From positions 12,737-76,736 of the forward strand of contig JADDOQ010000001.1 of NCBI GenBank assembly GCA_016782315.1: a stretch of DNA of 64,000 nucleotides. Reading direction: 5' to 3'. Below the pieces are notes generated by a model. It saw only the letters and a list, made by a program, of their open reading frames with translations, was not told where the DNA came from and searched no databases. Below, one piece after another: positions 56,692-64,000 of this stretch. The translations under genes were made by a program, and so were the position numbers. Numbering within the stretch: the first letter of the stretch is position 1; each line of letters opens with the position of its first letter. The stretch comes from Nitrososphaeraceae archaeon. Lineage in GTDB: Archaea > Thermoproteota > Nitrososphaeria > Nitrososphaerales > Nitrososphaeraceae.

Positions 56692-57118
56692 AAACTTGAA
56701 TTCCATAGATGAAAAAATTATCCGAATATTAAAAAATGATTCAAGAAAATCTTTTGTAGAAATTGCAAATGACATTGGAATGTCGGAATCTGCTGTTAGG
56801 CGTAGAGTGAAAAATATGCAGGATATTGGGGTAATAAAAAAATTCACAATTGATATGGGGCCGTCTAATAAGACTAGTGCAATAACCTTGATATCTGTAA
56901 GCTCTGCAGCAGATACATCTAATGTTTCAAATCAGCTTTTGGGCCTCAAGGGTGTTGATGTGGTTTATGAAATAACAGGGCAATATGATATTGCCACCAT
57001 AATTGTTGCCCCCACAATTTCAGAAATAAACTCCTACATTGATGAAATACGAAAAATAGATGGCGTTTCTGATACAAACACTGTGATAATACTGAGAACC
57101 CTAGTCAATTCGTCCTAA
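56666..57118 (+). CDS. lysM: Lrp/AsnC regulator (LysM-like)
   Basis: DEKIIRILKNDSRKSFVEIA HTH plus RAM domain (YEITGQYD); position inside the lys cluster. Confidence 0.85.
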   Translation: MRRKGELSENLNSIDEKIIRILKNDSRKSFVEIANDIGMSESAVRRRVKNMQDIGVIKKFTIDMGPSNKTSAITLISVSSAADTSNVSNQLLGLKGVDVVYEITGQYDIATIIVAPTISEINSYIDEIRKIDGVSDTNTVIILRTLVNSS

Positions 57119-57251
57119 TTTTGTTATGCATCTTTAATAATAACTATATTGTGATGAATTTCATCACATATTGTTTTTTTACGCAAACAATATTGTTTTT
57201 TATACCTATAACATTTATAAATTAAACGATAACAGTGTTAATGACCATAAT

Positions 57252-58460
57252 ATGTCTCTAAATTCGGATGATCCTAATTATTTTGCTCATATCTATAATG
57301 ATTCTGAAAGAGATAAGAAAAATATTAGGATATTAGATTCCACTTTAAGGGAAGGTGAACAACATCCGGGAGTTTCATTTTCTAACAAGCAAAGAATCCA
57401 AATTGCATGGATGCTCGACTCCTTTGGAGTGGACCAAATAGAAATAAGCCCAATAGTTTCATTGGATCATCGAGAAGCTACAAAAATAATTATCAAACAA
57501 GGCCTAAATGCTGACATCGTGGCTCATGTTCGTGCAATAAAATCTGATGTTGATGTCGCCATCGATTGCAATGCTACATGGGTGGCAACCTATCTTGGTA
57601 TTTCAGACATCCACTTAAAATCCAAGTTACGGATATCTAGGGAGGAAGCTAAAATTAGAGCTTTGGAGGTTGCTGATTATATCAAGTCTCATGGATTAAA
57701 GTCCAGATTTACTATGGAAGATGCAAGCAGAACAGAGCCGGGATTTCTTTTGGATATGTGTAAGGAAATGAGTAACCGCGGTATAGATAGGATCAGTATT
57801 CCAGATACTGTGGGAATTATGAGGCCTCGAGGTATGTATAATATTGTAAAAATGGTCCACAGCCATATTGATAATTCAAAAACTTCACTGGATGTCCATT
57901 GTCATAATGATGTTGGATTAGCACTATCCAATGCCTTGTCAGGATGTGAAGGTGGCGCAGATCAAATTCATACCACCATAGATGGAATTGGTGAAAGAAC
58001 AGGAATACCTACACTGGCAGAGACCGCTGTTGTATTGAGCCTCATATACAAATCCAATAATGATTTTAGGTTACATATGCTAAAGGATCTGTCAAAAACT
58101 ATTTCTGATTATACTGGAATACCTATTCATGAATCCAAACCATTGGTAGGCGATAGTTCCTATAAGCATAAGGCCGGAACGCATCTTGCCGCAATTTTGA
58201 GAAATCCATCGGCTTATGAAATAATCGAACCAAAACAGGTAGGCAATAGGCGTAAAATTGTCTTTGGCGAGCTATCGGGAAAAAATGGCTCTGCGTATCT
58301 TTTATCAATTTTGGGATTAGGTTCATCAAAGGAAAATGCTGAGTCTTTAGCAAAGGGATTAAAAGAATTACGTATGGGTGATATTCTTGAATTGTATTTG
58401 GATGAAAAATTGGAGAGAAAAATACTTAATGAGGGTTATATGAAGACAAATAAGGATTAA
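57252..58460 (+). CDS. Homocitrate synthase (LeuA family, no regulatory domain)
   Basis: DSTLREGEQ, HCHND and GIGERTG; immediately upstream of lysW-lysX-lysK. Confidence 0.85.
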   Translation: MSLNSDDPNYFAHIYNDSERDKKNIRILDSTLREGEQHPGVSFSNKQRIQIAWMLDSFGVDQIEISPIVSLDHREATKIIIKQGLNADIVAHVRAIKSDVDVAIDCNATWVATYLGISDIHLKSKLRISREEAKIRALEVADYIKSHGLKSRFTMEDASRTEPGFLLDMCKEMSNRGIDRISIPDTVGIMRPRGMYNIVKMVHSHIDNSKTSLDVHCHNDVGLALSNALSGCEGGADQIHTTIDGIGERTGIPTLAETAVVLSLIYKSNNDFRLHMLKDLSKTISDYTGIPIHESKPLVGDSSYKHKAGTHLAAILRNPSAYEIIEPKQVGNRRKIVFGELSGKNGSAYLLSILGLGSSKENAESLAKGLKELRMGDILELYLDEKLERKILNEGYMKTNKD

Positions 58461-58462
58461 AA

Positions 58463-58636
58463 ATGACAAAAGTTAATTGTATTGAATGTGACGCAGTAAT
58501 TCCAATACCTGATGACTCAATGCAAGGAGAGATCGTTACCTGCCCGGATTGTGGAGAGAGTTTTGAATTGGTAAAAACCGGTGACGAGTTTAGCATAAAG
58601 CCTGCGCAAGTAGTTGGAGAAGATTGGGGACAATAA
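58463..58636 (+). CDS. lysW: Amino-group carrier protein LysW (57 aa; missed by the ORF track) ending EDWGQ
   Basis: Hand translation MTKVNCIECDAVIPIPDDSMQGEIVTCPDCGESFELVKTGDEFSIKPAQVVGEDWGQ*; two CxxC motifs, acidic. Confidence 0.95.
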   Translation: MTKVNCIECDAVIPIPDDSMQGEIVTCPDCGESFELVKTGDEFSIKPAQVVGEDWGQ

Positions 58637-59508
58637 AAATAGGGGAAGAACAGTCTTCTTCACTCTATATTCTTTTTGATAGCATTAGATGGGAAGAAAA
58701 ATCAATAATTGAATCTGCAAAAAAAAACAATATTGATATAAAACCGATCGATTGTAAAGAACTTATTTTATTTTTGAATAGTGAAACTAAAGAATTTAAA
58801 GATAAAGTTGTCTTACAGCGATGCATAAGTTATTTTAAAAGCATTCATTCTACCGCTGCACTGGAAGGGCTTGGTGCACAAATGATAAACACCCTTTACA
58901 CTTCCATAATGTGTGGTAATAAATTGTTCTCTCACATGGAACTTCAAAAGCAAGGAATAGTTACTCCAAACGCCTTTTGCTCTTTCTCCCCAGCATCTGC
59001 GATTGAAGGAATCCATCGATTAGGCTATCCCGCCGTGATTAAACCAACCATAGGAAGCTGGGGGCGATTGATTGGCCTGTTAAATGACGAAGAAGCTGCC
59101 AAAGCTGTTTTAGAGGATCGTCAACACATGTTTCCAATCTATCAAATAAACTATATTGAAGAATTTGTTAAAAGGCCGCCAAGAGATATACGGGCAATTG
59201 TTATAGCCGATCAAGTGGTAGCTGCCATATATAGATATTCGGGCAAAAATGAATGGAAGACAAATATGGCGTTGGGAGGCCATGCCGAAGCATGTCCCAT
59301 AACGAAAGATCTGGAGGATATTTGTATTAGATCCGCAAAAATTTTTAAAGGTGACATAGTAGGTGTTGATTTGATGGAAAATGAGGCCCATGGTTTATTA
59401 GTTCATGAAGTAAACAATACAACCGAGTTCAAAAACACTGTAAGAGTTACTGGGATTGATATACCGTCGTTGATTGTTGATTACATGATTAAAATTTCCA
59501 AAAAATAG
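58624..59508 (+). CDS. lysX: Alpha-aminoadipate--LysW ligase
   Basis: KPTIGSWGR and EVNNTTEFKNT (Asn signature of LysX). Confidence 0.85.
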   Translation: MGTIKIGEEQSSSLYILFDSIRWEEKSIIESAKKNNIDIKPIDCKELILFLNSETKEFKDKVVLQRCISYFKSIHSTAALEGLGAQMINTLYTSIMCGNKLFSHMELQKQGIVTPNAFCSFSPASAIEGIHRLGYPAVIKPTIGSWGRLIGLLNDEEAAKAVLEDRQHMFPIYQINYIEEFVKRPPRDIRAIVIADQVVAAIYRYSGKNEWKTNMALGGHAEACPITKDLEDICIRSAKIFKGDIVGVDLMENEAHGLLVHEVNNTTEFKNTVRVTGIDIPSLIVDYMIKISKK

Positions 59509-59513
59509 CAAAT

Positions 59514-60638
59514 ATGGTTTCTCCAGCCTTTGCTATAAAATTATTACAGAACTCGTTGGAAATTTATTCGCCATCTAGATCAGAATCAAAACTTGCAAAT
59601 TTTTTAAAAGATGTTTGCATGGATCTTGGGTTTGAGCAAGCAAATATTGATAGCGTGGGAAATATTATTGCAATAAAAGGGACTGGGGATCCTGTAATAT
59701 TACTTTGTGGTCATATGGATACAGTTCCCGGTATTGTTCCAGTCCGCCTAGATGGTGATTATATGTATGGCAGAGGCGCCTCAGACGCAAAGGCGCCTTT
59801 GATTTCTATGTTATTGAGTGCCGCTGATTTTCCTAAACAAACTGGAACTATAATTTTTGCTGGTGTAGTTGATGAAGAAGGCAATGCCACGGGCATAAAA
59901 AACCTTGTCAAAGACAAAAATTTAAGTCCACATTATGCTATTTTTGGTGAACCAAGCGGAATTGATAATATTACTATTTCTTATAAAGGTCGTTTAGAGA
60001 TTCGTTTGCTGTGTGATGTAAATAACAGTGCACATGCAAGTGCGCCATGGCTTTCTTTGAATGCTATCGAGGAAATTTATAGTATATGGAATAGCTTAAA
60101 AAATGTTTTAGACAACATTGATGTCAATACAACTAAAAATAAGGCAAACACTGTAAGTTACAGCATAACCGAGGTAAGTGGGGGATCAAGTCATAATGTT
60201 ACTCCTCAAAAATGCAGAATGACTATTGATATTCGAATACCTAACAGCCTATGTTGCGATGATGTTTTGAATTTATTGGATATAAAAATCAATGAAATTA
60301 CAAAAGAGAAGGGTACAATCATAATTAAATATCATGTAGAGGACAAAACAGAACCTTTTCAAGCAAATGCTTCTTCTCCTTTAGTGAGATCCTTGGTATT
60401 GGCAATTTTGGAAAACAGAAAAAGAAGACCTTTACTGTTAAGAAAAACTGGAACAGGGGATATGAATATTTTGGGTAACCTGTTAAATATACCTGTGGTC
60501 ACATATGGTCCTGGAGACCCGCACTCATCTCATACAGCAGATGAGAGGGTATACATCAAAGAATATCTGACTGGTATAGAAATATTTAAAAATACTGTAT
60601 CTCATATGATAAGGTTGCATAAGAATTTACAAAAATAA
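59514..60638 (+). CDS. lysK: LysW-gamma-lysine/ornithine carboxypeptidase (M20)
   Basis: GHMDTV, GRGASDAK, DEEG, GEPS and YGPGD...SHT. Confidence 0.92.
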   Translation: MVSPAFAIKLLQNSLEIYSPSRSESKLANFLKDVCMDLGFEQANIDSVGNIIAIKGTGDPVILLCGHMDTVPGIVPVRLDGDYMYGRGASDAKAPLISMLLSAADFPKQTGTIIFAGVVDEEGNATGIKNLVKDKNLSPHYAIFGEPSGIDNITISYKGRLEIRLLCDVNNSAHASAPWLSLNAIEEIYSIWNSLKNVLDNIDVNTTKNKANTVSYSITEVSGGSSHNVTPQKCRMTIDIRIPNSLCCDDVLNLLDIKINEITKEKGTIIIKYHVEDKTEPFQANASSPLVRSLVLAILENRKRRPLLLRKTGTGDMNILGNLLNIPVVTYGPGDPHSSHTADERVYIKEYLTGIEIFKNTVSHMIRLHKNLQK

Positions 60639-60737
60639 TCGCATAAGCAATAATTTTTCAGTTCTTTTCTTTCCTTGATGGATATTGGTGAATACATACA
60701 TACATAAATTATAACAATATACCGTATTTAACAATCA

Positions 60738-61850
60738 ATGCTCTGTTTAATAGGTGTGGGAATAAATGAATATGATTCTTTGAGTTCTGGCTCTATTGAA
60801 ATATTGAAAAACAGTGATATGGTGTATATAGAAAGATTCACTGGATTTTTATCAGACGAATTTTTAGAAAAAGTAAAAAGTGTTGTGGATGGTTATGGAG
60901 TTTCAAGCCAAAAAAATAGGATTGAGGTTCAATTAGTAAAAAGATGGTTTGTAGAGGATGGGAGGCAAATATTGGAAAATTCATTAAAAGAAAATGTGAG
61001 TATATTGATTTACGGTGACCCACTGATTGCAACCACCTACAATGATCTTCTTGTTAGGGCTAAAAAGCAATCCATACCCTATAAAGTAATTCATTCCTCA
61101 TCTGGAATTCCGTCACTAATAGGTGAGTCTGGACTGCATTATTATAAATTTGGGAAAATGGTTACTATTATGTCTGATCCAATGTCGTCAATAACCGTAT
61201 ACGATACCATATATAATAACATTTGTCTTGGATTACATACTCTGATTCTAACGGAATATAACAATGATTCTGAAAATGATGGTTTAAGCCCCTACAGTCA
61301 GTCCCCTTTTTTTCTTTCTCCAAAAAAAGTTTTTGATCTCCTACTGGAAAGAGAAAATGAATTAAAACTAATCAATTTGTCTGAAAACTCTTTTGTAATT
61401 GTGGCCTATAAAATTGGAACTGAGAGCTCGAAAGTAATATGTGGAAAAATAAAGTCTATGATGAATATTGAGTTTGAGAGTGGTCCTAATTCTATAATTA
61501 TTCCTGGTACTTTACATTTTACTGAAGTTGATTCCATTAAAAACTTGACTGTTGCGTTGGATGATCCCATAGATAACTCTGCCAAAATCGATATACTGTC
61601 CAACAGGATGTTAGACAAATACATTCCAAATGCAAAAAAAGCATTATCCGCCTTATCGTCATTAATAAAAGAAGAAGATATTACTATTAAAAAAGAATAT
61701 TCTGTTGTTTTGGAAAATGCTGAAAACTATCTTTACGATGCCGAAAATTTTTATAAGCAAGGTAGAACGGAACTCGCAATTCTTAGTGTTGGTTATGCTG
61801 AGGGTTTAATTGATTCTATTCGATTCCAAAAAGGCATGAACCCTTGGTAG
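60738..61850 (+). CDS. dph5: Diphthine synthase fused to a DUF357-like C-terminal domain
   Basis: GDPLIATT, GLHYYKFGK, GLHTL and IIIPG..HFTE; tail YLYDAENF...AILSVGYAEGLID. Confidence 0.9.
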   Translation: MLCLIGVGINEYDSLSSGSIEILKNSDMVYIERFTGFLSDEFLEKVKSVVDGYGVSSQKNRIEVQLVKRWFVEDGRQILENSLKENVSILIYGDPLIATTYNDLLVRAKKQSIPYKVIHSSSGIPSLIGESGLHYYKFGKMVTIMSDPMSSITVYDTIYNNICLGLHTLILTEYNNDSENDGLSPYSQSPFFLSPKKVFDLLLERENELKLINLSENSFVIVAYKIGTESSKVICGKIKSMMNIEFESGPNSIIIPGTLHFTEVDSIKNLTVALDDPIDNSAKIDILSNRMLDKYIPNAKKALSALSSLIKEEDITIKKEYSVVLENAENYLYDAENFYKQGRTELAILSVGYAEGLIDSIRFQKGMNPW

Positions 61851-61912
61851 TATATGAAAATACTTTTTTATATACAATAGTTTAGAATTGTTAATAGAAT
61901 ATTTTCTCGAAG

Positions 61913-63466
61913 ATGTGTAAAACAATGCACTACGATACCAATACTAATTTACCTGGCAATCCAAATAATGACGATAACCCTGATTCTAATGATAATAGTT
62001 ATAGTGTACAACCAAATAAAGAGAAAGTAAAAAAGAAAAATAGTGCTATTGGTCATTTGCCTCCAGAACTGTTGAAATTTGTTAATAACGATACTTATTC
62101 TTTACTTATTAAAGGTAAACCAGGAACTGGAAAAACAACTTTAGCACTTACTTTGATGGACAACCTGAATTATGATAGCAATTATTTTTATATTTCTACA
62201 AGGCTTTCGATTAGGCAACTTTTATATTTTTATCCTTGGATTACAAAATTCACCCTCAACAATGAATTCAATCATGAGTATAAATTTGAGGATGCTAGGT
62301 TGGATGAACCCGAGTCTCTTTTTGAGCGAATTACCAACCAATTAATGGATGTAAAATCTCCAATTATAATAATAGATACATGGGATACTATTGCTTTGTT
62401 TATGGATCGAGAATCAAGGCTGAATAATGAGCGCGTTTTACAAATATGGAGGGAGCGGTCAGGGGCAAAGTTAATTTTTTTGAGCGAATCATCGGATTTG
62501 ACTCTTTTAGATTCAATAGTTGATGGGGTAATTACTCTTAGACAAGAATCAAAAAAATCATATACCTGCAGAGAATTATTTTTTAATAAACTTCGAGGAA
62601 TTCCTATTGATTGTCCGAAATACTGTTTTTCTTTATACAATGGAATATTTTTTGCTTTAGATTCCTCATCAGAATTAAATTTAATTGAAAAGTTCAAAAA
62701 CAATGAACTAAAACATAACGGATATGATTTTAAGGAAACCACTTATTTACCAAACGATAAAAATAAACCATATCAGTCTCCAAATACGTTTTTAAATGAA
62801 ATTATAAACGGCAGCAATATAGTAACTACGGAGTTTGATTCCAGAATACCTAATGAATTGATATCGTCTGTATTGTTTAGGACTCTATTTTCTTGGATAG
62901 TTTCTGCTAAACCCGTCTTAATCAATAATTTTGAATGGGGTTTTTATTCAATCCTAAAGAAAATCCTGCTTTTTTTTGTCCAACCTGAAAAAGTTAATGA
63001 TCTCCTATTAAATGAAAAATTGGATTTTTTCAAAATATATAAAGACTATGTTGCTAACAATGAACAAAATAATTCAACTAAAGAAAACAAAAGTAATTTG
63101 GACGAGTTTGAGGTATCCATAAATAACATTATACCTGCAGTTTACAACAACAACAACAACATAAATCATCATGATGTTTTAAATATAATTGATGGCAATA
63201 ATACAAAAAATTTAATTTCTGACTTTAAATTCATTGACCGCATAAAAAGACTCCATAACATCCATAATCTTGTTATTATTAAAAATAGGTTTTCCCAGGA
63301 TCATAACATTAACAATAGTAATGTATTGCTGTCTGAAGGTAATTATTTTAAAATCTATTTGAAAGGCAATAATATTATAATAAAGTCTATCAGCCCATCA
63401 AAACAAATCTATGGTGCATTCAATCAAAACGATGACTTGTTTGTTGATTGGTACCCTTTAATCTGA
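61913..63466 (+). CDS. RAD55/KaiC-like (GvpD-type) ATPase with a degenerate second domain
   Basis: IKGKPGTGKTT Walker A, IIIDTWD Walker B, DSIVDGVITL and KLRG. Confidence 0.8.
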   Translation: MCKTMHYDTNTNLPGNPNNDDNPDSNDNSYSVQPNKEKVKKKNSAIGHLPPELLKFVNNDTYSLLIKGKPGTGKTTLALTLMDNLNYDSNYFYISTRLSIRQLLYFYPWITKFTLNNEFNHEYKFEDARLDEPESLFERITNQLMDVKSPIIIIDTWDTIALFMDRESRLNNERVLQIWRERSGAKLIFLSESSDLTLLDSIVDGVITLRQESKKSYTCRELFFNKLRGIPIDCPKYCFSLYNGIFFALDSSSELNLIEKFKNNELKHNGYDFKETTYLPNDKNKPYQSPNTFLNEIINGSNIVTTEFDSRIPNELISSVLFRTLFSWIVSAKPVLINNFEWGFYSILKKILLFFVQPEKVNDLLLNEKLDFFKIYKDYVANNEQNNSTKENKSNLDEFEVSINNIIPAVYNNNNNINHHDVLNIIDGNNTKNLISDFKFIDRIKRLHNIHNLVIIKNRFSQDHNINNSNVLLSEGNYFKIYLKGNNIIIKSISPSKQIYGAFNQNDDLFVDWYPLI

Positions 63467-63467
63467 A

Positions 63468-63517
63468 TTTGCTTTGCTTTGCTTTGCTTTGCTTTGCTTT
63501 GCTTTGCTTTGCTTTGC
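63468..63517. repeat. (TTTGC)10 microsatellite
   Basis: Ten perfect pentamers starting 2 nt after the ATPase stop codon. Confidence 0.97.
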
Positions 63518-63605
63518 TTCTCAGTTGTACATTGTGTCTCTTTAGGTGAAAATGATCCAAACATATAAAAATATCTTTATTTGATTGCTTTGGTTATTAT
63601 TTTAT

Positions 63606-64000
63606 ATGTCTGATTTCTTCTCTGTTTTAGATTATAGAGTTCAAGACTTTTTGGATGCAATTGTTAAAACCACAAAAATACACGATGATCAAAGAACCCG
63701 GGGCGTTGTCTCAAAAATCGGCATATTGTCTGGACACTATATTAATTTCAAAATTCCACACAATCTTGTAGTTGTTGGTGATATACATGGCGATTTTGTC
63801 GCTTTGGAGAAGATAATGGGGAGGATAGATTTTAAAGATTTTTTAAAAAACGAATCTAACATCTTAATTTTTCTAGGCGATTATATTGATAGGGGTGAGT
63901 ATTCCATTGAAGTTTTGCTTTTTCTTTGCAAACTAAAAATTCTTTACCCTGGCAATGTCTTTTTATTGAGGGGCAATCATGAATCCTATGACCGTTTTCC
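63606..64000 (+). CDS. PPP-family Ser/Thr protein phosphatase (partial; runs off the window)
   Basis: Hand translation gives VVGDIHGD, FLGDYIDRG and LRGNHE. Confidence 0.9.
   Translation, partial: MSDFFSVLDYRVQDFLDAIVKTTKIHDDQRTRGVVSKIGILSGHYINFKIPHNLVVVGDIHGDFVALEKIMGRIDFKDFLKNESNILIFLGDYIDRGEYSIEVLLFLCKLKILYPGNVFLLRGNHESYDRF

Noticed and set aside
11792-59391. Numerous 60-270 aa antisense or overlapping ORFs (e.g. 13182-14003, 12466-12915, 42816-43103)
   Set aside because: They lie opposite well-supported core genes and have no motifs; shadow ORFs.
61913-63466. Gas vesicle gene cluster
   Set aside because: A GvpD-like ATPase domain alone is not diagnostic; no gvpA or other gvp genes are present.

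Overview
AT-rich archaeal chromosome segment from an ammonia-oxidising archaeon (Nitrososphaerota; probably Nitrososphaeraceae, e.g. Ca. Nitrosocosmicus, inferred from gene content, gene order and low-complexity extensions). Positions 1-5000 are a decayed accessory patch: an HTH pseudogene, a MEDS sensor split at a T8 tract, a multi-TM protein, a signal peptidase I pseudogene missed by the ORF track, and a truncated tyrosine integrase. The rest is mostly core genome: Nudix, two COG1032-type radical SAM paralogues resembling GDGT ring synthases, FNR, BCP/redoxin, tRNA-Leu(GAG), rpoN-eno-rps2-MEMO1-mvk-ipk-fni-GGPPS-gltX, GGR, an 11-subunit complex I operon (nuoABCDHIJKMLN), tRNA-Tyr(GUA) with two BHB introns, ribL/ribK/dnaG, rpl40e, tpiA/fbp, a LysW-dependent Arg/Lys cluster, dph5, a KaiC/GvpD-like ATPase and a partial PPP phosphatase. 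The most notable observations are: (1) a CysRS-like protein with a degenerate Zn site and no anticodon domain, overlapping a GNAT gene (MshC/MshD-like logic); (2) the only LysW carrier in the cluster ends in EDWGQ instead of EDWGE; (3) two Grs-like radical SAM enzymes, relevant to the unresolved crenarchaeol ring chemistry; (4) a tRNA-Tyr with a T-loop intron and an unusual C54. All functional assignments come from motif recognition only; no database searches were run.
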